Positions 48,203 through 58,168 of a stretch of 64,000 bases of DNA are shown in pieces. Position 1 is the first letter of the stretch. Every line of letters starts with the position of its first letter. The DNA is taken from assembly GCA_964511345.1 (NCBI GenBank), contig CAZEEV010000001.1, positions 72,089-136,088 on the forward strand, read 5' to 3'. The translations under genes and the position numbers were made by a program. The notes under the pieces were generated by a model, which made no database searches, had not been told where the DNA came from, and saw nothing but the letters and a program-made list of their open reading frames with translations. Origin of the DNA: an uncultured Pseudomonadales bacterium (GTDB lineage: Bacteria; Patescibacteriota; Microgenomatia; UBA1400; PJMF01).

Positions 48203-48985
48203 ATGCAACAAAATCGGTTCTTGAGCATTTATGAAAAAAATCAGCTTTTAAAGTATGGTTTTAAGGAGCAGGATCTATTGACTCAAGGTGAATTACCGGT
48301 TGAATATTTAACTGGTTTGGTTGAATTCTGTGGTTTGACACTTAAAGTTAATCGTAAAGTGTTAATTCCAAGAGTTGAAAGTGAAGATCTAGTTGCATTG
48401 ATCAGCGATTTTTCTATTTCTTTGAAAAATAATCTTTCTTACTTAGAAGTGGGTACTGGTAGTGGCGCCATTAGTTTGGCTTTTTTTGCTTTTTTATTAA
48501 AACAGAAAAAGATTTCTCAAATCGATCAATTTCTAATTAGCGACATATCTCAAGATGCCTTGGCTTTGGCAAAAAGAAACTTTTATGATTTGTTTGATCA
48601 GCAGTTGATAAAGAAAATTAAACTTCTAGAAAGTAATTTGCTTGATGGTTTCGCAAGTAATAAATTTAATTTAATAGTGGCTAATCTGCCATATATTCCA
48701 TCAAGTTTAATTAAAAGTCTAGATGTAAGTGTGCGAGATTATGAACCATTATTGGCTCTAGATGGTGGGTCAACTGGTTTTGACTTGATTAATCAGTTTT
48801 TGGAGCAAGTTACTAGTCAAAATGTTTTAGCTAGCGAAGGTAAAATATTTTTGGAAGTTCACGAAACTCATGATTTTGAGTTTGTCAGAAAATATTTTCC
48901 AAATATCGAAAAAAACTTTTCAATTAAAGAAGTTGAGGATCAGTTTGGACGACATCGTTTTTTAATTCTTGCCAAAAAAGGTTAA
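48203..48985 (+). CDS. prmC: release factor glutamine methyltransferase (HemK/PrmC)
   Basis: PVEYLTG..EF, VLIPRVESE, EVGTGSGAI, ANLPY, EP..ALDGG. Confidence 0.9.
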   Translation: MQQNRFLSIYEKNQLLKYGFKEQDLLTQGELPVEYLTGLVEFCGLTLKVNRKVLIPRVESEDLVALISDFSISLKNNLSYLEVGTGSGAISLAFFAFLLKQKKISQIDQFLISDISQDALALAKRNFYDLFDQQLIKKIKLLESNLLDGFASNKFNLIVANLPYIPSSLIKSLDVSVRDYEPLLALDGGSTGFDLINQFLEQVTSQNVLASEGKIFLEVHETHDFEFVRKYFPNIEKNFSIKEVEDQFGRHRFLILAKKG

Positions 48986-48988
48986 ATC

Positions 48989-49237
48989 TTATTTCTTCTC
49001 GATTTGCACCACGATATCATTCATGTTTTTAGGAAGTTTGTCCAAAATTTGGTTAACTTTAGGACCAAGTAAGGGAACGAGAATTTTGGCTAAGAGTAAC
49101 AAAATAATAATATTAAAAAACCAAACTCCAGCGCTACGAGCAATGCCAGCTACAAAATTTTTTTTGACAATAGTCCAATTGCTGACATTGTAGAGCGTGT
49201 TTTGTTTTTTTAAGAATTCTTTAGCGATTTTAATCAT
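48989..49237 (-). CDS. small membrane protein (DUF5665-like)
   Basis: 'NFVAGIARSAG' followed by a TM; TAAAAT 6 nt before ATG. Confidence 0.6.
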   Translation of the reverse strand: MIKIAKEFLKKQNTLYNVSNWTIVKKNFVAGIARSAGVWFFNIIILLLLAKILVPLLGPKVNQILDKLPKNMNDIVVQIEKK

Positions 49238-49354
49238 TGAATTATTTTAACTGTTATTTTTCTTTTTAGCTAGGTTTTTCGTTTAGTGTTATACTTACAT
49301 GCGTCTTTAACAAGGCTCATTTCAAAAGAGTTCGAAAATCAAAGAAAGGACAAA

Positions 49355-51583
49355 ATGTCTTCTAAGAAGCAATTCAAATCCGGTATTTGGGAAAAAGAGA
49401 TCAATACTAGAGATTTTATCTTTAATAATTTTACCCCATATGATGGAGATAAATCTTTTCTTGTAGGACCAACAAGCGCGACTAAAAAACTTTGGGAGCA
49501 ATCAAGCGATTTGCTTAAACAAGAAATCAAAAATGGTGGTGTTTTAGATGTAGATACCAAGACCATTTCTTCAATCACTAGCCATAAACCAGGCTATCTA
49601 GACAAAAAATTAGAAAAAATTGTTGGTTTTCAGACAGATCAACCTTTAAAAAGAGCCATGAAACCTTATGGTGGTATCAGAGTTGTCGAAGCTGCTTGTG
49701 AAGAGAACGGCTATAAAGTTGATCCAGGTGTTTCAGAAATTTTTAATAAATATCGTAAATCTCATAATGATGGTGTTTTTGACGCTTATACCAAAACCAT
49801 GCGCCAATTACGTTCAACCGGAATTTTAACTGGTTTACCAGATAATTATGCTCGTGGTCGTATTATTGGTGATTATCGTCGTGTAGCTTTATATGGTATC
49901 GATCGCTTGATTGAGGCTAAGAGCGCAGATAAAGATGCTATTGATGGAGTAATGACTGATGATGTGATTAGATTGCGTGAAGAAGTCAGTGAACAAATCA
50001 AAGCTCTTAAAGAAATGAAAGAGATGGCAGCTAGTTATGGTTTTGATATTTCCAAACCAGCGAAAAATGCGAAGGAAGCGATTCAATGGACCTGGTTTGG
50101 CTTCTTGGCTGCTCTTAAGGAACAAGATGGTGCAGCCATGAGCTTAGGTAATGTCAGTACCTTTTTTGATGTTTACATCGAGAGAGATTTGGAGAATGGT
50201 AGTCTGACGGAAGTAGAGGCTCAAGAATTAATCGATCATTTCATCATGAAATGTCGTTTAATCCGCCATTTACGTATGGATGCCTATAATGAGCTTTTTG
50301 CTGGCGATCCAACCTGGATTACTGAAGCTGTTGGGGGCTTTTTTGCCAATGGTCAACATAAAATCACTAAAACTAGCTTCAGATTTTTACAAAGTTTATA
50401 CAACATTGGTCCAGCTCCAGAGCCAAATCTAACCATTTTATGGTCAGATAAATTGCCTGAAGGTTTCAAGAAATTTTGTGCTCAGGTTTCGATTGATACT
50501 TCTTCGCTCCAATATGAGAATGACAACTTAATGCGCGATGTCAGCAGTTGCGACGATTATTGTATTGCTTGTTGTGTTTCGATGATGGAAACCGGTAAAG
50601 AAATGCAATTCTTTGGGGCTCGTTGTAATTTAGCCAAAGCTTTATTGTTAGCTCTTAATGAAGGTCGCGATGAAAAAAGTAGTGAATTAATTGTGCCAGA
50701 TATTGCTAAAATGCCTGATGGACCAATTGATTATGAGGAGTTTAATAAGCGTTTTAAGAAAACTGTCGCTTATCTAGCTAAAGCTTACGTCAACACCATG
50801 GATGTGATTCATTACATGCACGATAAATATTATTACGAAAAAGCTCAGATGGCTTTGATGGATACTAAGGTCAAAAGAAACATGGCTTTTGGTGTCGCCG
50901 GTTTAAGTGTGGTGGCAGATTCTATTTCAGCCATTAAATTTGCCAAGGTAACTGCTGTTCGTGACGAAAGTGGCTTAACCAAGGAATTTAAAGTTGAAGG
51001 CGAATATCCAATGTATGGTAATGATAATGATAAGGTCGATTCGATTGCTCAGCAATTAGTTAAAGACTTTAATACTGAATTAGCTAAGCAACATATTTAT
51101 CGTGATGCAACGCCAACTTTATCAGTTTTAACTATCACTTCCAACGTGGTTTATGGCAAGAAAACTGGAGCTACTCCAGACGGTCGCAAGGCTGGAGAAC
51201 CTTTTGCTCCTGGTGCCAATCCCATGCACGGTCGTGATCATTCGGGAGCAATCGCTTCACTTAATTCAGTGGCTAAAATTGATTATAGATATGCCAGAGA
51301 TGGAGTCTCTAATACTTTCTCCATTGTGCCTAAAACTTTAGGTGAAAATAAAGAGGCGCAAGTCAAGAATTTATTAGCAATGTTGGATGGTTACTTTAAT
51401 AAAGGTGCTCATCATCTTAATGTGAATGTGCTCAATCGTGAGACTTTGGAAGATGCCATGGCTCATCCAGAGAAATATCCACAATTAACCATTCGCGTTT
51501 CTGGTTACGCAGTCAACTTTATTAGATTAAGTAAAGCTCATCAGCTGGAGGTGATCGCTAGAACATTCCATGCCAGCATGTAA
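49355..51583 (+). CDS. pflB: pyruvate formate-lyase (formate C-acetyltransferase)
   Basis: [21 protein letters not shown] active site, RVSGYAV glycyl radical; SD GAAAGGA before ATG 49355. Confidence 0.97.
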   Translation: MSSKKQFKSGIWEKEINTRDFIFNNFTPYDGDKSFLVGPTSATKKLWEQSSDLLKQEIKNGGVLDVDTKTISSITSHKPGYLDKKLEKIVGFQTDQPLKRAMKPYGGIRVVEAACEENGYKVDPGVSEIFNKYRKSHNDGVFDAYTKTMRQLRSTGILTGLPDNYARGRIIGDYRRVALYGIDRLIEAKSADKDAIDGVMTDDVIRLREEVSEQIKALKEMKEMAASYGFDISKPAKNAKEAIQWTWFGFLAALKEQDGAAMSLGNVSTFFDVYIERDLENGSLTEVEAQELIDHFIMKCRLIRHLRMDAYNELFAGDPTWITEAVGGFFANGQHKITKTSFRFLQSLYNIGPAPEPNLTILWSDKLPEGFKKFCAQVSIDTSSLQYENDNLMRDVSSCDDYCIACCVSMMETGKEMQFFGARCNLAKALLLALNEGRDEKSSELIVPDIAKMPDGPIDYEEFNKRFKKTVAYLAKAYVNTMDVIHYMHDKYYYEKAQMALMDTKVKRNMAFGVAGLSVVADSISAIKFAKVTAVRDESGLTKEFKVEGEYPMYGNDNDKVDSIAQQLVKDFNTELAKQHIYRDATPTLSVLTITSNVVYGKKTGATPDGRKAGEPFAPGANPMHGRDHSGAIASLNSVAKIDYRYARDGVSNTFSIVPKTLGENKEAQVKNLLAMLDGYFNKGAHHLNVNVLNRETLEDAMAHPEKYPQLTIRVSGYAVNFIRLSKAHQLEVIARTFHASM

Positions 51584-52316
51584 ATTAAAAGTTCATTCAA
51601 TTGATACTTTTGGGACCCATGATGGTCCAGGTATTCGTTTGGTGATTTTTACTCAAGGTTGTCTTTTCAGATGTGCTTATTGTCATAACCCAGATACTCA
51701 AGATTTGGAAACAGGCAAAATGAGAATAATTGAAACGTCTGAAATACTTGAGCTTTTAGAAAAAGAAAAAACTTACTTTGGTAAAACTGGTGGCTTAACT
51801 GTTTCTGGTGGTGAACCAACTTTGCAAGCTTCAGTCCTAATCGAGCTTTTTCAAGAATGTAAAAAACGTGGTTTTAATACCTGCCTAGATACTTGTGGTG
51901 CTGTTTTTAATCAAACAGTTAATCAACTTTATGATTTAACAGATGTGGTGATGCTTGATGTTAAGCATATTGATCCAGTTTGGCATGAAAAGCTAACTAA
52001 ATTTAGTAATAATAACGTTCTGAAAAATGCTCTTTACCGCGAACAAAGTGGTAAAGAAATGTGGCTGCGTTATGTTTTGGTGCCTGGCTGGACAGATCAG
52101 GAAGAATATTTAGAAGCTTGGGCTAAATATTTTGCTGATTACAAATCAGTAACAAGAGTGGAAATTATTCCCTATCACAAATTAGGGGTTTTTAAATATG
52201 AGGCTTTGGGTCGCAAATATGAGCTCGATGGCGTAGAACCACCGAATAAAACTGAGACTGCCAAAGCAGAACAAATTTTTGTAAAGTATCTAGGTAAGAA
52301 AGTTGTAGTGGTTTAG
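51570..52316 (+). CDS. pflA: pyruvate formate-lyase activating enzyme (radical SAM)
   Basis: [31 protein letters not shown]. Confidence 0.96.
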   Translation: MPACKLKVHSIDTFGTHDGPGIRLVIFTQGCLFRCAYCHNPDTQDLETGKMRIIETSEILELLEKEKTYFGKTGGLTVSGGEPTLQASVLIELFQECKKRGFNTCLDTCGAVFNQTVNQLYDLTDVVMLDVKHIDPVWHEKLTKFSNNNVLKNALYREQSGKEMWLRYVLVPGWTDQEEYLEAWAKYFADYKSVTRVEIIPYHKLGVFKYEALGRKYELDGVEPPNKTETAKAEQIFVKYLGKKVVVV

Positions 52317-52343
52317 GTCATTTCAACACATAGAAAGAAAATT

Positions 52344-54434
52344 ATGAATTTTGATGCTATTTTTTATCCCAAAGCCATTGCCATTATTGGTGCTTCTAGT
52401 CGAGAAAAAACAGTGGGTAATGATGTAGTTAAAAATTTAGTGAGGCAGGGTTACACTGGCCAAATTTATCCAGTTAATCCAAAAATAGAGGAACTTTACG
52501 GTTTAAGGGTTTATCCTTCAATTGAAGAAATTGATAATGATGAAATCGAATTATTGGTGCTAGCTATTCCAGCTAAATTTGTAGCAGAGGAGATTAAGAA
52601 AGCCTCTAAAAAAGGTGCCAAAGCAGCGATTGTTATCTCAGCTGGTTTCAAAGAGGCTGGTAATTTAGACTTGGAAAAAGAATTAGCCCAAACTTGTAGA
52701 GATTTGGATATTACTCTGGTGGGCCCAAACTGCCTGGGAACTATTAATGCTGAGATTCAAATGAATGCCTCTTTTGCTAGTGTGATGCCGCCAGTTGGGG
52801 ATGTGGCCTTCATGTCACAAAGTGGCGCACTTTGCACTGCAGTTTTAGATTACGCCAAAGATTTGGGAATTGGTTTTTCCAAATTTATTAGTATTGGTAA
52901 TAAAGCTGCTTTAAATGAATTAGATCTCATCAAATATTTACATGCTGATAAAAAAACTAAAGTGATTTGTATGTATGCAGAATCACTAGAAAATGCGCCG
53001 GAAATTATAGAGGTTTTGCGCAAGTTAAATCGAGGCAAAAACCCCAAGCCAATTATTGTTCTTAAATCAGGAAAAACTGCTGCTGGAGCTGGAGCAATTG
53101 CTTCTCACACAGGATCACTCAGTAGTGGTGATAGTGCTTATCAGGCTTTATTTGCTCAAGCTGGCATGATTCGTGCCAATAGCGTTAGCGAACTTTTTGA
53201 TTTAGCGCAAATTTTTTCAATGAATGATTTACAAAAAGTGAATCATATAACTATTGTAACTAATGCTGGGGGTCCAGGAGTTTTGACTACCGATGCAGTG
53301 ATAGAGAATAATTTAGAAATGGCAGTGCTTGCACCAGAAACTGTTCAAGAATTGCGAAGCTTTTTACCTGCCGCTGCTAGTACGCATAATCCAGTTGATG
53401 TTTTGGGTGATGCGGTTGGTGAAGTCTATAAAAAAACACTTGAAGTTTTAGCTAAAGATAAGAACACCGATGCTATTATCGTGCTTTTAACGCCTCAATC
53501 AATGACAGAGCCAGTAGAAACTGCTCAAGCGATTGTAGCTATGCGCCACCTTAGCCAAAAACCAATAGTCGTTAGTTTGATGGGTAAAAAGCTGGTAGCT
53601 GAAGGCGTTAATATTTTGCGTGAGCAAAAAATTGCTGCCACTGCTTTTCCGGAACCAGCAGCTATGGCTATGGGTAAATTTGCTAAATTTGCTAATTGGA
53701 GCAAAAAACAAAACGAAACAATTTTAAGTTTTAATGACGTTGACAAAAATAAGGTAGCTGAAATTTTTGCTCAAGCCAAAGCTAAGAAACAGACTTCTTT
53801 TCCAGAGGCAGAAGCGATGGAAATTATGAGAGCATATAATTTTCCTTTAATGAAATCTGCGGTGGTTAAAAGCTCGCAAGAGGCCTTAAAAGTGATGCGG
53901 GAATTTAAGTGTGAAGTGGCTATGAAAATTGTTTCACCAGATATTTTACATAAAAGTGATGTCGGTGGGGTCAGCTTAAATGTGACCGTTGATACCGTAG
54001 TTGATGAATATGAGGCGATGATGAAAAGAGTGGAACAAAATAAGCCCAACGCAAAGTTAGAAGGCGTTTTATTATTGCAAATGGCTAAAAAAGGCACAGA
54101 ACTAATTTTAGGCATCAATAAAAACTCTTTAGGCACCATGTTAATGTTTGGTTTGGGTGGAATCTATGTAGAAGTTTTTAAAGATGTGAATTTTGCTTTT
54201 GCTCCGCTAACCAGAGAAGATGCTTTAAGCATGATCAATGGCCTTCGTTCTAGTAAGTTATTAGAGGGCGTGAGAGGCGAAAAACCAGTCGATAAAGAAA
54301 TTCTCATTGAAACGATTGGTCGTTTAGCGCAGTTAGTCAACGATTTTCCAGAAATTGTTGAGCTTGATATTAATCCTCTTTTAGCAAATGCAGATGGGGT
54401 GAAAGTGCTGGACACAAGAGTTGTTATAGAGTAA
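52344..54434 (+). CDS. acetate--CoA ligase (ADP-forming), fused alpha/beta
   Basis: IIGAS, YPVNP, GPNCLG, SQSGA, ASHTGSL, TNAGGPG, HKSDVGGV, ELDINPL; no GNAT domain. Confidence 0.9.
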   Translation: MNFDAIFYPKAIAIIGASSREKTVGNDVVKNLVRQGYTGQIYPVNPKIEELYGLRVYPSIEEIDNDEIELLVLAIPAKFVAEEIKKASKKGAKAAIVISAGFKEAGNLDLEKELAQTCRDLDITLVGPNCLGTINAEIQMNASFASVMPPVGDVAFMSQSGALCTAVLDYAKDLGIGFSKFISIGNKAALNELDLIKYLHADKKTKVICMYAESLENAPEIIEVLRKLNRGKNPKPIIVLKSGKTAAGAGAIASHTGSLSSGDSAYQALFAQAGMIRANSVSELFDLAQIFSMNDLQKVNHITIVTNAGGPGVLTTDAVIENNLEMAVLAPETVQELRSFLPAAASTHNPVDVLGDAVGEVYKKTLEVLAKDKNTDAIIVLLTPQSMTEPVETAQAIVAMRHLSQKPIVVSLMGKKLVAEGVNILREQKIAATAFPEPAAMAMGKFAKFANWSKKQNETILSFNDVDKNKVAEIFAQAKAKKQTSFPEAEAMEIMRAYNFPLMKSAVVKSSQEALKVMREFKCEVAMKIVSPDILHKSDVGGVSLNVTVDTVVDEYEAMMKRVEQNKPNAKLEGVLLLQMAKKGTELILGINKNSLGTMLMFGLGGIYVEVFKDVNFAFAPLTREDALSMINGLRSSKLLEGVRGEKPVDKEILIETIGRLAQLVNDFPEIVELDINPLLANADGVKVLDTRVVIE

Positions 54435-54454
54435 ATGATATAATTGCTTGCCTT

Positions 54455-55594
54455 ATGAAGTCAGCTATATACGCTTTTTCTGGTGACCCAATTACTTTTG
54501 GTCATCTTGATATTATCAAACGTGCTGCGGCTGTTTTTGATCGTGTGGTGGTAGCAATTGGGATAAATCCAGCCAAAAAATATCTTTTCTCTCAAGAAGA
54601 GAGAACAGAGATGGCTAAAAGATCTCTCTTTGACTTGAAAAATGTTGAAGTTAAATCTTTCAGTGGCATGTTGGTTGACTTTGCTTATGAAAACAATATT
54701 GATGTCATTGTTAAAGGTGTGCGCAGTAATCATGATTTTGAATATGAAATGAGTCTACATAATTTAGGAGAAAGTCAAAAACTTGGCATTGATACTTTTA
54801 TTTTGTTTGCTAGACCAAGCTTGGCTCATATTAGCTCTGGAGCTGTCAAAGAGATTCAAGAAGGTCAGGGTTTAATTCAAGACTATGTACCAGCTTATGT
54901 GAAGCAGTGTGTAGAGGCTAAATTAAGTGGCCAATATATTGTTGGTTTGACGGGCGAAATTGGTTCAGGCAAATCTTATGTTGGACAAAAACTAGTTGAG
55001 TTGGCTAGAAATCTAAATTTAGATGCTCACAACATTGAGCTTGACCATTTGTCTTGGCAAATTCAATCTGATTTAAAAGAAGAAAAATACGAAATAGTCA
55101 GAAAACAAATTATTGATACTTTTGGAGCAGAAGTAGCCAATTTAGATGGCAGTATCAATCGTAAAATTTTGGGAGAAATTGTTTTTGCTGATCAAAAAAA
55201 ACTAGAGCGACTCAATGAAATTATGGAAACTCCAATTTTAGTGCGTTTGCGTAGAGAATTAAAAAACAAAAAAGGATTAATTTTTTTAAATGCCGCTTTG
55301 TTAGCTGAGGCAAAAATGAGTCAGCTATCTAATTACAATACCATTCTTTTATCAGTTGGAGAAAAAAGCCAAAACCAAAGATTATCTGACAGAGATTTGA
55401 GCCAAGAACAAATTAAAAGAAGATTGATGAGTCAATATGATTTTGCTAGTAAGAAAAAATCTTTAGAAGCAGAAATCAAGCAGCATCAACAGGGAAAATT
55501 ATGGGTTCTAGATAATAACGACGTTCCCGACTTGGAAATTAAGAAATTATTACGAGACCTTTTGTCTTATTTTAGCTTGGATCAGCAAGCCTAA
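54455..55594 (+). CDS. bifunctional phosphopantetheine adenylyltransferase / dephospho-CoA kinase (CoaD-CoaE fusion)
   Basis: N-terminal DPITFGHLDII.RA, KGVR…DFEYE, ISSG; C-terminal VGLTGEIGSGKS, INRKILGEIVF, RL..RD…Q. Confidence 0.88.
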   Translation: MKSAIYAFSGDPITFGHLDIIKRAAAVFDRVVVAIGINPAKKYLFSQEERTEMAKRSLFDLKNVEVKSFSGMLVDFAYENNIDVIVKGVRSNHDFEYEMSLHNLGESQKLGIDTFILFARPSLAHISSGAVKEIQEGQGLIQDYVPAYVKQCVEAKLSGQYIVGLTGEIGSGKSYVGQKLVELARNLNLDAHNIELDHLSWQIQSDLKEEKYEIVRKQIIDTFGAEVANLDGSINRKILGEIVFADQKKLERLNEIMETPILVRLRRELKNKKGLIFLNAALLAEAKMSQLSNYNTILLSVGEKSQNQRLSDRDLSQEQIKRRLMSQYDFASKKKSLEAEIKQHQQGKLWVLDNNDVPDLEIKKLLRDLLSYFSLDQQA

Positions 55595-56155
55595 TTTGAA
55601 TTTAATCAGTGAGTAAAGAATCACGCAAATAAGAAAGATATAGACAGGAAATCCCCAGTGGGCAAAAGTCCAATCTTTAATAGCTAATAAAGTTATCCCA
55701 GCATTGATCATACCAAATAAGAAAATTAAGCTGCTTTCGGTTTCTGGTTGACGATACGATTTGATGACAGTTGGAATTGAAGCAAGTCCATCCGCTAAAA
55801 TCGAAAACAAAATCGCTAAATTACCCTCACCGGTAATTTGCCAAATGATAATGGCGAACAAAGAAATGGAGCCGTAAACATAATCCATTTTTTCTAGTTT
55901 CCAATAAGATTTTTTATTTAGAAAAGAAGCAATGACAATTAAAAGTGGATTAAAACCTGTCATAAAAGTCATCAATGAAGTTAAGCCCACTCCTTTATCT
56001 AACTCTGCAGCAAAGGCAATCATTGGTGCTAAAGCCCATAAAAACCAACTTACTCTATTAGGTTTGGTTTTGCCCTTGATAGTGTTAATAAGGTAATTAA
56101 GACCTCCACTAAAAGAAAGTAGGGCTCCTAAAATAATAAATCTTTCATCAATCAT
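55550..56155 (-). CDS. hypothetical multi-pass membrane protein
   Basis: GKTKPNRVSWFLW and IPTVIKSYRQP (PQ-loop-like repeats); extended -10 TGC-TAGAAT 6 nt before ATG. Confidence 0.75.
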   Translation of the reverse strand: MIDERFIILGALLSFSGGLNYLINTIKGKTKPNRVSWFLWALAPMIAFAAELDKGVGLTSLMTFMTGFNPLLIVIASFLNKKSYWKLEKMDYVYGSISLFAIIIWQITGEGNLAILFSILADGLASIPTVIKSYRQPETESSLIFLFGMINAGITLLAIKDWTFAHWGFPVYIFLICVILYSLIKFKLGLLIQAKIRQKVS

Positions 56156-56170
56156 GTGAACATTCTAGCA

Positions 56171-56935
56171 CTAAGCTATTTCTATCGAAATAGGGCAGTG
56201 ATCAGAACCTTGGATTTGACTGTGAATTTTTGCTGATTTTAATTTTTCTTTAAGATTTGAACTAATGAAAAAATAATCAATTCTCCAACCCACATTTCTT
56301 TGTCTAGCTCCAGAACGTTGACTCCACCAGGTATATTGATCTTTCTGAGTTGGATGAAGAGCGCGAAAACTATCGATAAAACCCAATTCCAATAATTTAT
56401 CAATCCACATTCTTTCTTCTTTTAAAAAACCTGAAATTAGTTCATTGTCTTTTGGTCTGGCAAGATCAACTTCTTGATGTGCTGTATTAACATCGCCACA
56501 AATAATAATATTTTTTTCTGTTTTTAATAATTTTTTAAGAAACTCAAGTAAAAAATTATAATAAGCCATTTTATAAGCCAATCTTTCTGAAGAAGCCTTG
56601 CCATTAGGAAAATAAATATTAAAAAGAGTAAAGTCTTTGTATTTAGTAATCAAAGTTCTACCTTCACGATCGAATTTATTTTCTTTAAGACCAACTTGTA
56701 TGTTTTCAGGTTCTTTTTTAGTGTAAGTAACTACACCACTATATCCTTTTTTTTCTGCCCAAGCGAAATAACTATGATAGGAATCAATATTAGTTAGATC
56801 AAAAGTAAGCTGATCTGGGGAAGCTTTGGTTTCTTGTAAACAAACAATGTCAGCATCGCTATTTTTCATCCAAGTAAGAAAACCCTTTTTTAAAGCAGCG
56901 CGGATACCATTTACATTCCAAGAATAAATCTTCAT
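56171..56935 (-). CDS. xth: exodeoxyribonuclease III / AP endonuclease
   Basis: SWNVNGIRA, CLQETK, GYSGV, YFPNG, GDVNTAH, YTWW, GWRIDY, GSDHCP. Confidence 0.97.
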   Translation of the reverse strand: MKIYSWNVNGIRAALKKGFLTWMKNSDADIVCLQETKASPDQLTFDLTNIDSYHSYFAWAEKKGYSGVVTYTKKEPENIQVGLKENKFDREGRTLITKYKDFTLFNIYFPNGKASSERLAYKMAYYNFLLEFLKKLLKTEKNIIICGDVNTAHQEVDLARPKDNELISGFLKEERMWIDKLLELGFIDSFRALHPTQKDQYTWWSQRSGARQRNVGWRIDYFFISSNLKEKLKSAKIHSQIQGSDHCPISIEIA

Positions 56936-56973
56936 ATAATATGGATTATAGCGTATATTTAAGACGTTGTTTT

Positions 56974-57864
56974 ATGAACGAAATTGATCGCTTAATTTAT
57001 TTAACCATTGCTTATAGCAGTTGTTTTTCATTTGCTTTAAATAAAAGTGAGATTCTCAGGCGTTTACCTCTTTCTTCCAACCTTAAATATTTATTTGATG
57101 GAGAGAGCAAGTCTCCAGAAAAAATATTAATTTCAGAGCAGAAAATAAATAATTCTTTAAAAAAATTGCTAGAGCTGTCATTAATTAAAACTGATGGTGA
57201 ATATTTTTATTTACAAAAAAAAGACTTGCAAAATAGAAAACAAAGAACAGCTTTTTACGATTTGAAAAATGAAGAGGCAATGACTTTTGTAAAAATAGCT
57301 AAGAATATTCCTTTTGTTAAAGCAGTAGCTTTAACTGGATCAGCGGCTGTTGGTAATGCTGTCAAAGAAGATGATTTAGATTTCATGATTATTTGCCAAA
57401 GTAACACACTTTGGTTAACACGTTTTTTATTAATTCTTTTAATTAAATTAAAAAACAAAAGACCAAAAGTTAATAAGCCAGGAGCATGGTGCGTAAATTT
57501 ATTATTAGATGAGCATGATTTAATTTTAGATAATGAGCGAAGAGGATTATATGAAGCTTATGAAATTCTACAGATGAAATTTGTTTTTGATCGTGGTGGA
57601 TATGAAAAACTTTTTTTAAATGCTAACAATTGGCTTAGAAAATACTTAGCTTTTTATGGTAATTATAAATTTGGCGAATATAAGGAAAACAAGTCTTTTT
57701 CATTGATCAATCAACTATTCTTTTTTGTACAAAGAATTTATCGTTTAGCTATTTTTGGCAAAGAAAGTTTTTCATTGAGTCCAACTCAGGCTTTTTTTAA
57801 TGACATTGATTTTAAAAATAAGCTGCAAGCCAGTTTGGAAAAGAAAATAATTATCAAGGAGTAA
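56974..57864 (+). CDS. hypothetical protein with Pol-beta-type nucleotidyltransferase motif
   Basis: ALTGSAAVGNAVKEDDLDFMII (GS…DxD); start MNEIDR. Confidence 0.7.
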   Translation: MNEIDRLIYLTIAYSSCFSFALNKSEILRRLPLSSNLKYLFDGESKSPEKILISEQKINNSLKKLLELSLIKTDGEYFYLQKKDLQNRKQRTAFYDLKNEEAMTFVKIAKNIPFVKAVALTGSAAVGNAVKEDDLDFMIICQSNTLWLTRFLLILLIKLKNKRPKVNKPGAWCVNLLLDEHDLILDNERRGLYEAYEILQMKFVFDRGGYEKLFLNANNWLRKYLAFYGNYKFGEYKENKSFSLINQLFFFVQRIYRLAIFGKESFSLSPTQAFFNDIDFKNKLQASLEKKIIIKE

Positions 57865-57925
57865 TTAGTAATGAATTGTAAGAATTGCCACTTGCAATGA
57901 TTTTTCATTTTTGTTAGTTTGATTG

Positions 57926-58030
57926 TTGCTGTGGAATGTAGTGAAAATCTACGACTGTGCCGCAACGGTGATTCTCATTAAGAGATTAGTCCGATCTTCA
58001 GCAAAAAAGAAATCTTGACGAGCATCGAAG
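57926..58030 (+). ncRNA. cobalamin riboswitch, minimal class-II (AdoCbl-variant)-like
   Basis: TTGCTG…CAGCAA closing stem, GGAA, T-loop hairpin TGTAG-TGAAAAT-CTACG, ACTGTGCCGCAACGGT, AGTCCGA, downstream TGACGAGCAT kissing loop; promoter TTGCAA-17-TAGTTT upstream. Confidence 0.8.
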
Positions 58031-58061
58031 TAAATTGAAAAGTGATATTTTTTAGAATCGA

Positions 58062-58086
58062 TGCTCCCCTAGAGGGAGCTTTTTTG
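58062..58086 (+). terminator. riboswitch-controlled intrinsic terminator
   Basis: GCTCCC-CTAGA-GGGAGC-T6; competing helix GAGCATCGA (58020-28)/TCGATGCTC (58058-66). Confidence 0.8.
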
Positions 58087-58168
58087 TTCAAAGACCATTC
58101 CGCAACGATTTAGTAATTATAAAAATCCTCATAGAGTCTATTTCTCTATGAGGCTAAGAAAGGTAGAA

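Noticed and set aside
49286-49354. Possible ZMP/ZTP ('pfl') riboswitch in the pflB leader
   Set aside because: The leader is short and AT-rich and lacks the GACTGGCG…CGCCTGGGC elements; the ORF-track N-terminal extension is just this UTR.
58061-58070. GCTCCC as the displaced 3' end of tRNA-Gln (second att site)
   Set aside because: The match is too short, lacks TGG (CCA), and is explained as the riboswitch terminator stem.
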